Assembly: GCF_009914755.1 (NCBI RefSeq)
Contig: NC_060934.1
Source of the DNA: the human T2T-CHM13v2.0 reference genome, Homo sapiens
DNA: 64,000 nt
Reading direction: 5' to 3' (one strand)
The notes under the pieces were generated by a model, which saw only the letters and a program-made list of their open reading frames with translations, did no database searches and had not been told where the DNA came from. The position numbers were made by a program, and so were the translations under genes. Shown here in pieces: positions 25,343 through 39,854 of this stretch. Each line of letters opens with the position of its first letter. The stretch's first letter is position 1.

Positions 25343-26424
25343 GAGAGATAGACTAAAGATGGTGTCAGTGAGAACAGAAAAGAAAAGATTGGGGAGTGGA
25401 GAGGCATTTAGAGAGAAAAATGGAGCAGGTTTGGCACCTTGGAGATAAAGGGGCTGAAGCAGCTATGTGAGTCTTTGGGACCATTGTTTTTCACATTTGT
25501 CTTTTTCTGAGACAATATTTTGGTTGTCCTTTCGCACATTGCAATAGAAATCTTCTGGCATTAACATTTTAAACTCTTTTTCAATTTTATTAAAAGCATT
25601 TCAAAGGGATGTTTTGTGTTTAACTCTTTAAATCTTCATGATCAGCCTATAATATTTAACAATATGTATAAATTGGCCATTCTTTCTTTATCTATTTCTT
25701 TATTTACCAGAAATGACCTCTGGTCATGACTTACCAGTTTAGAGTTTTCTTTTTTAAATGTTGCTGTTGCTTAACTTATCTTTCCAGAGATTTTTTTCAA
25801 ATGCCAGATAAGTCTGCATTATAATCAATACCTGTCTTCTCAGATGAAATGTTTTTCTTTTGCATATGGAGACAATGTTAATTAACATATTAGGAATGTA
25901 TTTGGTACATTTGGTTGCAAATGCAAACAGTCTAATCTGTTACTCATTAGACCTCTTTGTCTGAAGCATTCAAGTGAGTAACAGGTTGCACTGAGACATC
26001 ACCAAAGTGATTCAGTTATCCTAAAAGTACTCATTTTGTTTTTTTCTGGGAAGATTTATGTATTATGAATTACTCAGATTGCATTTTCATTTTATAACCA
26101 TGGTAACTACTATGACAACACTTAAAAGGATGGTCATGTTAATTACTTCACTAAAGAAGAAATCCTGGCCAAATTTTCTACACTGAACTTAGCAGAGAAT
26201 GTTAACAGTATCAATAGGAACTAAAACATCATTGAAGATTTTGTCCTTTGGGGCTTTATATTGATGTTGGAGAACCCCAGTGAAAAAGCTGAGGTACATT
26301 AAGATATTTAATGGCTGGGCTCCGTTTTCCCTTTTGAGTTCCATTTCATTTCCACTCATTATTTATGTTTATCCTTTATGGAGGAGTTCATCCTTTGCTA
26401 CTGGAGTTCATAAAGGGAAAGTCA

Positions 26425-26545
26425 TGTATCAAGTGCCTACTATGGGTTAATACTTTCTCTATGATCTGATTTTATCTTCCCAACAGTCTTTTTGAGGCAA
26501 GTACTATTGATTTCCTCTTAACAGATGAAAAATTGAGTTCATTCA
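26425..26545 (-). mobile_element. MIR fragment
   Basis: gtgcctactatg...tactattg...acagatgaaaaattgag. Confidence 0.55.
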
Positions 26546-27139
26546 GTGATTCTTCTAATAAATAGGTATTGACTGTGTTCTTTAAGCAACATGGACAAAA
26601 CCTTACAATTAGAATTGAGATACTTGAGATTTAACACAAAGTCCATCTGATTGCAGAGCCCATGCATTTTATGCCACATTTTTTCTTCAGTCTGTCTTTT
26701 CCACTTTAAGATTTTGTCTGACTATAGCAGGGTATGTTATATGAGTGTGTGTGTGTATGAGAGACAGAGAGAGAGACACACACACACAGTCAGTGTGTGT
26801 GCTGTGGGTGGGAATCAGATTTTTCCATATTCACATTCAGAAAGTCATGTTATAATGAACCTACTTCACAAAGAGGCAGAATACATGGTGTAATGTCATT
26901 TACTATGGGAAATGCCCTTTTCTAAAAGAATATCCTTTCCTCCATCTTTTACGAAGGGTAAAATCTTAAACGCAATAATACCCAAGGGTTAACATGCAAA
27001 TGGAAATTAAACTCAAGGAGTTAATTTCACATGTAAAAGTGACTCATAGAAGAGCTTTCCTTTCTTGAGATCCATGTTTCCAGGGCACTGAGCACACTGG
27101 GACTAAAGGTTAGACTGGAAACTTGGAATGAAAGGCTAA

Positions 27140-27606
<467 letters not shown>

Positions 27607-27624
27607 TCATCACATCATGTCACA

Positions 27625-27888
27625 AACAGACAATATGTTAGATGTGGGGATTAAGTGGTCAGTGAAATCAAACACAACATCTGCTCTCCTGGTTCTGGCA
27701 ATTCAGTGATGGAGACTTGAGAATCAAATAATAAAATGATCCCACAAATAAATGTACTATTGCAACTGTTGTTAGAACTATGAAAAAAAGTATAATGTGC
27801 TAAGAGAAGGAATAAAACTGGGGGCTGTCATAGGCAAGGGAGTCAGGGAAGGCTGCTTTCCGAAATGAAATCTGAATTGAGATCTAAA
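27625..27888 (-). mobile_element. L2 fragment
   Basis: gtcagggaaggct...tgaattgagatctaaa. Confidence 0.55.
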
Positions 27889-27894
27889 CCTATC

Positions 27895-28757
27895 ACCTTT
27901 TCCTTAATCCCACCTCTCCGTATGTGTTCTCCATCTCTGTAAATGGCTTCACAATCTATTTGCTAAAATGAGAAATACAGAACTCAGCTCTGACTTCTCT
28001 CTCTCCCTCATCTCCCACTCAATCATCAGATCCTGCCTATCTACAAAAATTATTTTCTTTTTGTCCACTTAGATAAGCCTTTTCTCTGCCACCAGCCAAC
28101 GTCTTTATCTGGAATAACTCAACAGCCTCCTAATTAGTTTTCTTCTGCCTCAGGTCTTGCTCGCCTTCCGACCTTGCCAATCACAATTCATTTCCCACAA
28201 TGCAACAAAAATAATCTATCAAAAATACAAATATAATGGAGTCACAATCCTATGTTAATTTTTTGGACACTCCCATTGCCTTTAGGATGAAATATAAAAC
28301 CTTAAGATGGCTTCAGACCCTTTATTATCTGACCCCTGCTCATTTCTGTAACAGATTTTCTTCCTACTTGCACAGTATCCTCTGGCCATCTTCAATTTCT
28401 CTGTTCCTAGAGTAAATCCTGTTCTCTCTTTCTTCCTTCCTATCCATTTATCTGAAACACTCTTCTTAGTTCCTTCTCTCGTCTCTCCTACACGTAGGTA
28501 TCTTCTACTAATCCTCAAAGTCTTAGCTTTCTGATTTCACTTATTTGTGTAAACTTCGGTTCCCAAAAGTAGATCTGGACTCACATAGCACCTGTCACAC
28601 TGCGTCATAATTGCAAATTTTCATTGTATTAATCCCTTACTAGATTGTGACTTGCCTGAAGGCAGGAGTCATATATTTTCTTGCTTACCATTGTAGCCCC
28701 TACATTAGAACAGTTCCAGGTTCACTGCAATTGCTCCCTGAATATTTATTAACAGAC
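27895..28757 (+). mobile_element. L2 3' region followed by a GA-rich tract
   Basis: ccatctctgtaaatggc...acagcctcctaattag...ctagattgtga...gaatatttatt. Confidence 0.75.
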
Positions 28758-28961
28758 AAGGAAGAAGGAACAAGGGAAAGAAGGGGAGAAATAAAGGAAG
28801 ATGAGAGAGAGGGGGAAGGAGGCTCGGAAGGAAGAAAGAGATAGGGAAATGAAGAAGGGAAGTCGGAAGGGAGGGAAAACAGAAGGAATCCTTAGGAATG
28901 CTTCATTGTTCTTACCTTATTTAAATGGCTTTGAAATGAGGAACTTTGCTCATCTATTTGA

Positions 28962-29149
28962 GCAGGGCAATGTAATAAAACTTCCCACAATAATGAAATG
29001 TTTTGTATTTGTTCTGACCAATGTGGTAGTCACTAGCTACATGGAGCTATTTGAAATGTGGCCAGTGTGACTAAGAAATCAGATTTTTAATATGATTTTA
29101 TTTTAAATTTAAACAGGCTACTTGGTTAGCTACTATATTGGATATCATG
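28962..29149. mobile_element. MER3-type hAT MITE
   Basis: ccaatgtggtagtcactagctacatggagctatttgaaatgtggccagtgtgact. Confidence 0.75.
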
Positions 29150-29716
29150 GCCTAGAGGAGCCAGTGGCAGGGCCAACCTTGTATGCACCCTTTGGACAAC
29201 CCCTCTTTTAACATTTCTGCTTCCTTGCTGCTCAATACCGTGTTCTTCACTGCAATTTTCCTAGTGTGTTTAGGAATTTTTCTAAACTTCTCTTTTGCCA
29301 GGCTGGGCAGCAAAAGTCAAATAAATGTAACACAGAGAATACCATTTACACTTCATTTTTAACAGCCTTAATGAGAGTCATTTCAATTTTGCAAATACTG
29401 GTAAGTAATGTCTATATATATATTCAAAAGCTGCATTTTTCCTGAACATTCTCTCTAACAAAAAAATAGTGAAATAAACAAATAGCCTCTCAGACTATTA
29501 TGCTGAATGCTACAAAATCAGCTAAAAAAATCAACAAAGTTTAATGTGAACATTGCTTTTCATTCCTTTGGCATACAGAGAAAACAACAGGCTGCAGAAT
29601 AGCAGGAGGCAGGCAGGGCAGAGAGAGGCAGAGACAAAGCGTAAGAGGAAAAGTGACTTAATCTTTGCCTCTCACACCAAGCTTAATGACAATTGATCAG
29701 TCATCACTATTAGAAA

Positions 29717-30277
<561 letters not shown>

Positions 30278-31479
30278 TAAAATGTGACCACTCTCTGACT
30301 CGAAATAAAAACATCAGGACTGAAACTAAGCAAAATATATTATTTTCATTGTTTTAACAGCCATACTAGCCCACTTACCTTTCTTCAGTTCATTGAAATT
30401 ATCCTGAATTTTTTTTCTAATCAATATTTCTTACAGGAAAGTATTTACTTCCACACTCATCCTGGAGCCTAGAAGTGCCATATAGTTTTATACCAGTGGC
30501 CACAGTATGTGTTGGTTGAGTAGATGGAGAGGGGAGAAGAACTGGCAGGAGAGCGTTGGAATTCAAGATACAATGATGTCTGCAGATAAAATATATCTTT
30601 GGATCTGTCCTATCCGGTATTTTTCCTTTTAAGTATATACTTCAACTTCCATATTATACTAACTTACTTGTCTGAGCAGGTGCCCACTTACTCTTAAATG
30701 TTATAGTCCAGTTCGTGTGCCAAGACATTTTTTTATCCTTGAGAGAGGTCATCCATTCAATAAGTTTAATTACATTTTCAACTATATTATAACTACGGGA
30801 GGTGCTCCATGAAAAGAAAGAAAAAACCCTTAAGATATCTCCAGTCTGAAGGTGGAACTCAGATGCCTGCAGATGACACAATGAACTAGCAGGGCAGAGC
30901 AAACTAGGAAAAAATAGGCTCTGCCTGTGTGTAATGTAAAACCTCCAGACTTTCTAACAGCCTCCCAGAAGGTTGTAATAAAAGCCACCCATTTTCAATA
31001 GCATTCCTATTTTGAATAAAAAGAATATTGACATTCTGTGGGTGAAAATTTCAATTTGCAAATTTTATTTTCGCTACAGACAAAACCACCAGAAAATGAC
31101 AGCCTAGAAATTAATTACACATGGAGGAGTCCATTACGTTAGATCAGACTAAGTGGTTGCTATAGTCAAAATATGTTTCAATTGATTTTAATAAAGTTTA
31201 ATTATTTACAATATGTTATATTCTATGTGGGAAGATTGCACATATTTTCTGATATATTTCCATTATGAGAATACAGTTCCACTAAATAGGTCTAGCATCA
31301 TTAAAACCTCTATGCACAAATTGTGACCTAAATGAAATATTACCAGTTTTCACAGTTTGTATTAATAAAATGTTTGTAATAATAGATTTATCAACTAATC
31401 AATTGTGACCCATGTATACAAACACAGTTGCTTTCTTTGTGTATCCATCCATCCATGCATCCATGCATCCATCCATCAT

Positions 31480-31650
31480 AGAGGAAGTTTGATATGGAGC
31501 AATAACAAGATGTTTAAAACTGAAGAGACCTGGGATTGAATTTAGATTCTACTATTTAATAATAATTATGTCTCTGGGCCTTGGTTTCTCATTATAACAT
31601 GAATACATACATTACCTAAACAACAAGTTATTGTAGCATTAAGGAGTATA
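31480..31650 (+). mobile_element. MIR, preceded by (TCCA)n
   Basis: agacctgggattgaat...tctctgggccttggtttctcat. Confidence 0.55.
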
Positions 31651-32486
31651 GTAATTGTTGTGGGATTCGTTTTTAAAGTTTAAATTACAATTATCGAATC
31701 TTGGTTGAGATGAGGCAAGGTAAAGCAGCTCTTAGCCTTGTATGGAGGAAGTCCCTCCACTAAATAGTGATAATAGTAATATCACATATCCTCCATTAGA
31801 AGATACCCAAGCCATGTTCATTGTCATGGCTCAGAGACAAGTGTTTTGTGGTTCAGAAATTGTGGTTCAGAAATAATTTTAGACTGGTCAGCATAATCTT
31901 CTTAGATATTTTGATTTCTATTATGTCAAATTATGTCTTTCTAATTAAAGTAGTTGAAAACTAAGTCATTATTTTTAAAATAATTACTTTTTAAACATCA
32001 TTGAAAAGCCAGTCTTACTCTGATGAGCAGAAGCTAGAAGTGGCAGAGCAGCCAGGGTATGGGACTGTGCCAGTTTTTGTGTTCTTGTTCATCTGATATT
32101 TTTTTAACCAACTTTATTCATCCTGACTTCTCCTTTGAGAAGAAGTAAAGTAATAAAAAAAAGAGGGTTCAGCAGCAACCAAGTCTCAATCGAAGATAAG
32201 TCATTGGCATTTGCTCTGTGACCATCTCTGTGTATATTAAGAAAGTCAAAAGGCAGTTGTTGCCATTTCAAGTATTTTTTGGTGTACAAAACCCACATAA
32301 ACAGATCTTTGCCTAATGTCAATACATATTTAACTCAGTCAAAATGTGTGATAGACTAGGGAGAATTAAAACTGGCATATATAAAAGGCTTAGGTTAAAC
32401 TCAGGAGCCATTTCTGAGAAAAGGAAAAAAGAAAAGTGCCTTGAAGAATGCCTGCTACAGAGTAAAAATAAAAAAGATAATACATT

Positions 32487-32720
32487 TCATTCCCCAAACA
32501 TTGACTGAGCCCCTACTGTGTGCCATGTACCATCTATTCTTGGCCAAATTAAACTAGGTCATTGCTCTGGAGAGGCCTATAATTCCATACTAGAGGAATT
32601 CACTGAAAGATATAAATAACATGAGTTTGATAAGTGTGATGATAAAGGCACAGCACACTGTGGCCTCAAATAGAAGGAAGGAGTTCACTCAGCTGACAGG
32701 GGAAGGGGAGGTTAATGTAA
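32487..32720 (-). mobile_element. L2 3' fragment
   Basis: aaacattgactgagcccctactgtgtgcca. Confidence 0.55.
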
Positions 32721-32895
32721 GAGAGTGCTGTTCTCAGAAACATGGAAGACGAGGGGTTTATGAGACTTTGGTCTGTGTCAGTCTTGTGCTTGAACCCAAA
32801 ATGCTGTCTTGGCCTCGGGATCTCTCCCTATTAGTAGAGCAGTTTGGCAATAAAACAATGACACAAATCCTGGCTTTGCTACCCTCCAAGCTGCT

Positions 32896-33700
32896 CTCAT
32901 TCATTCATTTGTTCTTTCATCCTTTCATAAAATATTATCAGAGTATTTACATCATATCCAGCAGTTCCACATCTGTGGATTCAACCAACTAGATGGAAAA
33001 TATTTGAGAAATAAAAGGATGTTTGCATCTGTGCTAAAATATACAGATTTCTTGTCATTATTTCTTAAACAATACGGTATAATAAGTACTTAAAAAGCAT
33101 TTACATTGTATTAGGTATTATAAGTAATCTAGAGATAATTTAAAGTAAGTTGGAGGATGTACATAGTTTATATGCAAATACTACAGCATTTTATACCAGG
33201 GACTTGAACATCAGTGGATTTTGGTATGGGAAGTTGGGGTGGGGTCCTGGAACCAAGCCTCCCACAAATACTATAGAATGATGGTACTTACAATGTGCTA
33301 GGCACTCTGTAAACAGAATTAATAATAAAATGGATATTATTTTTGTGGAGCTTATAATATGTAATAAATAATTTAATAATTGGAAACAACAACAAGGATC
33401 CATAAACATGCTTTTGTAAATTATACAATAGTCTATGGACAAAGAGAAAAAGGGAACACAGAGAACATAGAGTAAACCTACCTTAGGCATTAGCATGTGC
33501 CTCTCCAGGGCTCATGTTTACATTGAGGAGTGAAGGAAGCGGAAGGGTGAGGAGTGGGAAGCATGAGACAGCAGTGGCAGGGGAGGCATTTCAGGGAGGA
33601 GAAGGGTGCCCATGCCCTTAGGTGGGAATGAAGTGTAGCATGCTCAAGCTGGGAAAGGTGGCCAGTGAGGGGCAGCTGTAGTTTGGCAAGGAGGAGGCAA
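32896..33700 (-). mobile_element. L2 interrupted by MER2
   Basis: cattcattcatttg...[MER2]...cttacaatgtgctaggcact. Confidence 0.65.
32950..33286. mobile_element. MER2 (Tigger-family MITE)
   Basis: ttccacatctgtggattcaaccaac...ggtattataagtaatctagagat...ggtcctggaacc. Confidence 0.85.
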
Positions 33701-34075
33701 CACAAAAGTGCTCAGTCAAAATTCAGTTATGATCATTTCAAAGTGTTCTCTATTCAACTCAGGTAGAGTAATGCCAGAGTTACTGAAATAATATGAATAG
33801 AGGTAAGGTGATAACCAGCCCCTACACACAACAAAGAGGCGAGGCAAAACCAGATAAAGTGGATTATCTCCACCTGCCCATTGGCATGCTCTGCCTTCTG
33901 CTCTGCTTGGAACTCTTGAGGGATTCTGGACGCAGATGGTCTCGATTCTGCACTTAAATCCTGCTCTCGTTGTGGTGGAAATATCAAAAACACCTGCTCT
34001 TTGTTATCTGTTAGGCAAGTTCTGTGCGTCAGGCACTGTCCATGGTGCCAGCATCCTATTCTTCCTGACACGTGA

Positions 34076-34596
34076 GCCAGGTCATGGTGCTGATCTGCTT
34101 CCAGCCCACTGAAGGCTTCCGATCTCCTTCAGAGTAAATGCTGAAGTCTCTTTGCTCACTTTCAAGGCACTAGATTTGCTGCCTCCTCTCTATCAACTCC
34201 GAATACTCTCCCTCACTCATTTGGACCATTCTGTAGAGACAGCTCTACAAGCAGCTCAGCTCACCAGGCAGGTGATGCCTCAAAGTCTTTGCTCTGCTAG
34301 TTCCTCTGCTGGAAATACCCTTTGCCCCAGTGACATGGTGGTTCAGTCCCCTTACTTTCTTCAACTCCTTTCCATCGTGAGGCCTTCCCCATGCATTCCA
34401 TCTAAAATTGCACTCCACCCTAACCCTCTGCATACTTGCTTTATTTTGCTCCATAGCATGTATCTTCTTCTAATGAGCTATAAAGTGTACTTAAACCCCA
34501 AGAAGGCAGAAATTTTTGTTTGTTTTGTCCGTTGCTAATCCGTAACTCCAAGAATAGTGCCATAGTAGATATTCAAAGATATTTATTGAAAGAATC
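34076..34596 (+). mobile_element. L2a 3' region
   Basis: cagagtaaatgctgaagtc...agaatagtgccatagtagatattcaaagatatttattgaa. Confidence 0.75.
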
Positions 34597-36653
34597 TCAT
34601 TTAATCTTCACAAAGCAGCATGCAGTGACTAGCTAAAGATGATGGTGAATTAGTTTTCATGAAGTCACAAAAATCATTTCATTGACGAATTAAAATATTG
34701 TATTGATGAATAAAGTAAATGCCCACAAAATAAACTTAAATGTTGCATTCATAAGTTTTGGTAGTTTTTCAGCCTCATGAAACAAAAATCAATTACTTAA
34801 TTTATTATAGCTAATAATTTTCTTTGCTATTAATCATATATTATTTGCATTGTGACAACATTATATCCAGTGACTGGATTTCAATTTGAAATTCAAAACT
34901 GTAGAAATGAAATAAAAAGTTCTGGATAAGATTTCAATTCTATTCTTATAAAATAGTATCTCTTGTCTTCTGGTATTACGGTATAAACTGTACATTTTAA
35001 TAAATTATATATTCAAAGTATAAAGAAAAATTGGTCTCCAACTTCAATTTCCAACAAAACATTGGAAAATGTTTCATTTTGCTGGCATTTTAAATTTAAA
35101 ATGTAAACTTAGATTGCAGAGGGTTTGTTGTTGTTGTTGTTGTTGTACCACTGTAAGAAATGAAATGCAAAATAGAGCAAAATTGAAAGAAACACAACTA
35201 GCCAGACAGATATGTCTCCTTTCTAAAATTATGGTGTTCAAATTTCTCAACTTTGTATTTTTTTGAACTTAATATCTTCAGACACAAGCCTCTCAGGCTG
35301 TTAAATGGCTGAGAAGACTATACACGAAAACACTCCTGTGTAGGCTTTTTAATTAGCTACTTGTCTTTGATAATATAAGGTGTCACTTTTATTCTCCTGT
35401 TGAACTCTAGACTGTCTTCTCCATGAGAATACTGAGATTATTGGGACAAACATGCTCAGTCACTATATTCCTTCTGAGTCTAGTTATAACATGTTGGATC
35501 CAAGAAGCTTCCTTCCAGAATGTAACTGGAGAGGTCAGGTTGTCAATTCAGGCAAGTTGGCTAAGTGAGAGAGTGTGAGTAGGTGGGATCTTAAGTCTAT
35601 GGAGTGACACATTGGGCAAGAGCAGCAGTAGGGAGCTGAGTGAGTAACTTCAGTACAGTGAAGACAGCCATATGCCTTTTCCCTTGACCTCCTTCTTAGG
35701 TATTCTGGTGTATGGGGACATGTGGGCACAGGATTTGGGGGACCTATCCTCAGTCGCTGATATTCCCTTGGCTTACAAATAGATTCCAGGTGAATTAACT
35801 ATAGGCTTCAATTAAAAGGATGGGGTACAGTGATCAGACAGGGCATGGTGGTTCCAAATCCAGGAAAAGTGTCTTTCAAAACTATAGCATCTGTCCTTCC
35901 AGGGAACTACTGGGCTATAACAAAATGATAAAAATTAATCTTTAAAATTCTAACACTAATATTGCTTCACAATCTGATCAAAAACCCTAACAATGTGGTG
36001 CTGTGTGTGTGTGTGACAAACTCTTCTACAGTGATACAAATATTCTTGTAGTTCTGGTAGCTCTACCCTGATGTAAAATCTCCCCAGGTGGTGTACAACT
36101 CAATGCCTTAAGATAGTAATCCCTTAACACGTGGCCATTGACCAGTGAATAAGTGAATGAATAAATGGTCAACAAAGGAACATCCATCTCCTAGCAAATA
36201 TTGGCAGTTTACTCTAAAGAGCAAGTAATGAAGCTTTCTGATAATTAGCATTTTCAACTTAGCTTTTTTAAAGGCTAATGATAAAAAGATTCTTAACAAA
36301 ATTAGACATTACAACACTTTAAAAAATGGAACAATTTATCAGTAATAAAATCATTTTCTTTCAGTGACATATTAGAAACTATATTTAGAAAACAATTTGT
36401 AATCTTACACAAATCATGTGGACTTTAATACATACCAGAAAAAGTTCATTTTGTACAAAGTTGTCTGTCTGCTAATTTTAATTTTCTTTATAATATAGTA
36501 GCTTTCATATAGGTATGTGAACCAATTTGCTGACCTCTCTCTCCTTCTCCTATTCTGCCCCCAAACGGGATGAAGGTAGCACTTCAGAGTGGGCAGATCA
36601 AGGAGACTTAGTCCTAGACAGGCTGTCCTGCATCTGTTTTTCTTCAGACAAAT

Positions 36654-37291
36654 TGAAGCGTTCCAGTTGATGGTGCCAATCAACTGGAAAGCCCATTTGC
36701 ATAACCCCAGGGCATATACCTCTGACAATGTAGAATGAGGTATATGCCCTGGGGTTCCTTGTCTGGCACCAGGAAAATTTAGGACACGGACACACACGAG
36801 GAGTTTAGGAGTGGAGGTTTAACAGGTAGAAAAGAAGAGAAGGAGAAACAGCTGTCTCCATAGAGAGAGGGGTCTCTGAGCGGCAAAGACCGGCTGGTGG
36901 CAAACGCGCCGAGTTTTACAGTCCACATTGAGGAGGCAGTGTCTGTTTAACATAGGGCTCATTTGATCAGGTATGACATTTACATAGTACATGGGGAAGG
37001 CTGCTCACCCCACCCTAATCTTCTTATGCAAATGGACTTTCCAGTTGATTGGCACCATCTTGTCTGCTCCTTTACAGTACACGTGGCTGGCAAAGAAGGG
37101 AAGATGGAGCCACCATCTTGAACACCCCTAGTCCTTAGTTCCCACCAGCATTCATCCAGCAAGCTCCCAGCTTGCAGGATGCTCTTTGTTAGAAAATGAT
37201 TTGGGGCCGCTTTTCATTAAAAAGACAAGCCTTACTGAGGACTCCATGCCCTTCTATCTGCCTAAGTGATTTCTTCTTAACTCCTGTATCA
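36654..37291 (-). mobile_element. ERV1 solo LTR, MER61-like, with rearranged 3' end
   Basis: Sense start tgatacaggagttaagaagaaatcacttaggcagatag, sense end cgcttca; 4-bp TSD aaat at 36650-36653 and 37292-37295. Confidence 0.85.
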
Positions 37292-37304
37292 AAATTACTG
37301 AATA

Positions 37305-37425
37305 TGTCTGGATGGCTTACTTTCCTTACTTGTAAAATGACAGGAAGAACATCTGCCCTCCCTACCACCCAGGTAATGGGGAAAGAGCTTTGAAAATTCT
37401 GAAGCAGAATACAAATGTAAAACAC
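37305..37425 (+). mobile_element. MIR 3' part
   Basis: tttccttacttgtaaaatg...gagctttgaaaattctgaagc. Confidence 0.5.
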
Positions 37426-37748
37426 TAACATGACATATCACCAAGAAAGTCCCTTTTTGCTTCTGGAGAGTGACTCTACAGCTGCAAGCCTTCACCCAAC
37501 TTCTAACTGGAATGTGTGGGAATTTCTAGGGAGACTGGCCTTATCTGGAAGTACACGGAACTATGTGCCTTACTCTGTAAATTCAGAGGCAAAGCTGCTG
37601 AGATTGTGCCAGCTATGCCACAATAGAGTTGGCCAAAAGCATTTATTTAAGATAAACCAATTCGGAAAATCCTACTGGATCTGGTTTATACAAAGAAGCC
37701 TGGGGGTAGAGGGTGTCCTCAGGTTGAGATGATGAAGATGTGACTATC

Positions 37749-38131
37749 TGTTACGGGCTGAATATGCTCCCCTTCCTTCAAATTTTGAAGTCCTAATCCC
37801 CAGTACCTCAGAATGTGAGTGTATTTGGAGATAGGACCTTTAAAGAGATAATTAAGATAAAAAGAAATCACTAGGGTGGGACCTAATCCAATATGACTGG
37901 TGTCCTTGTGAGAAGAGGAAATTTGGACACAGACAGGTACAGAGAAAAGTGTGAAGACAAAGGGAGAAAACAGTCATCTATAAGTGAAGGAGAGAGGCTT
38001 CAAAAGAAAGCAAATTTGTTGACACCTTAATCTTAGACTTCTAGTTTTCAGGGCTTTGAGAAAATAAATTTCCATTGTTTAAGCCACCCAGTCTGGGTAC
38101 TTTGTTATGGCAACCATAGCAAATTAATACA
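37749..38131 (+). mobile_element. MLT1B solo LTR
   Basis: tgttacgggctgaat...taatccaatatgactggtgtcctt...gcaaattaataca. Confidence 0.88.
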
Positions 38132-39237
38132 CTCTACCTTCATCTTTCTTTCCCCCTGCAAGAAGGGAATACACTGGAACTTAAACCTCTTTTTCCCTCA
38201 AAGAGTATGCCCAAGTCTTTCCCCTATTAGGTAGGTCAGTGGTCACTGGCCTTAAAGTTGCTGAGTCACTGAACTTGTACCATATTTGATTATTTGATGT
38301 TGAAAGGGTAAGAAAGATGGTAGGAGACAGAGGGTAAGGCTGCAAGGGAACCCCAAGAGCAGCTTGCATTGGCGCCACTTGGTATGAGAAGAATACTCAA
38401 GTCTCCTGTGGACCTAGTGGATGCTGTATAGAGCAGCTGGATCCCATTTGGAGAGGTTCCTGGTAGAGCAAGAGGTTATAAGGGAAGATTTTCCACTGGG
38501 AGAATGAGAGTCAAGAAGAAGCTAGGCCTTGGCAGACCCACCTTTACCAAGGAGGAGCAGAGATGTATGCCCTCACCTGGAGGAGGTCTCCAATGAGCCA
38601 CAGGTGAACAGCTCTCGGCTATTCAACATTCAAACATGAGCTGCTCAGGAGAATCAGTAGCTGTTTAGGGATAGACCCCAAAGTCAGCAACCTACTAAAA
38701 GGGGGATGGTTAACTTGGAACTGCAACCATGCTGGTGATCAGAAAGAGAAAGTCTGTTTCCTCCTTCCATCATCAAGGAGGTTGTTGGAGAGGACAGACT
38801 ATATCCTTCCTTAAACACACCTTCCTTTCCCCAAGCAGTTCCATCTTCCAAGTCTGGCCCATGAAAGTGGATAAGTGGAAAAATTTTAGTAAATAGTTTG
38901 GGTTATATAAATTAATGACTGACCTAAATTTTACATTGCATTGAGGATTAAAGAAAAAAAAAAGAAAGTCCTTTCTGGCCAGAATGGGAAATTTGGGGTT
39001 CAAATGTGTGCAGCCTTGAGACTCAAGTAAGTTACATCTTGTGTATATCAGCTCTGAAGCTCCCCAGCCAAAACCACTTAGTACAAATGAAATATAACAA
39101 AGTTGCTTGGTGGGTATTTTACTCAAACCTAGTAAAGTTCTCTTTCATCCTCAGCACTTTTTTTTCAAAATTTTGTAATTCACCTCAATCTTATAATCCC
39201 ACTCTGAAATTTCAATGTTGCTTCTGATAAAAAAAAA

Positions 39238-39420
39238 AGACTAGCAGTATGATCCTGAGTAAGTCACTTAATTTCTCTGACAATTAACTCATCTGCAAAA
39301 TGGGGATAATAGTATCAGTTTGCCGGGTGGTTGTAAAGAAAAAATGATATACAGCATATAATGTTAGTCTGGCCCATACTACGTACTTGATCACTGGTAG
39401 TTACTATTATTATTATTAAC
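39238..39420 (+). mobile_element. MIR
   Basis: gagtaagtcacttaatttctctg...catctgcaaaatggggataatag. Confidence 0.75.
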
Positions 39421-39549
39421 AATACTTATATGAGTGAATCTTATATTCTAGGAACACTAATCTATCAACGTTATCCAAACAGGGATACTGATGTTCCCAC
39501 ACAAGCTATCCATCCAGAAAATATATGGCACTCACCCTGGAACACATAC

Positions 39550-39800
39550 CCTGATGTCAGTTGTCACCTCCTTGGTGAAGCCTTTTTTGACTCCTAGTTT
39601 GTCTTCCCTTTATCCTCTTCCCCACACTGCAGAAGTAACTGTTTACTTCACTGTGCTTTGTTCAATATGCTGGAAAAGCACTTAGTACATTAGTCTCTCC
39701 AACAAAACAATGAGCCTAGCCAAATGGCTAGGGATGTGGTTTACTCAGATTTGTGCCTAGTAGATAGTATGCTCAATATTATTACTTTGAATCAAATTGT
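39550..39800 (+). mobile_element. L2 fragment
   Basis: gtcacctccttggtgaagcct...atgctcaatatt. Confidence 0.5.
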
Positions 39801-39854
39801 TGGCTGCTGTATTCTCACTTGCAAATGAGGGGTTGGACTAGGAGATGCTCTACG

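Noticed and set aside
37110-37140. p53 response element, as known for some MER61 copies
   Set aside because: This copy reads gaacacccctagtcc and lacks the CWWG cores.
38370-38390. CTCF site (reverse accaagtggcgcc)
   Set aside because: Mismatches at key core positions.
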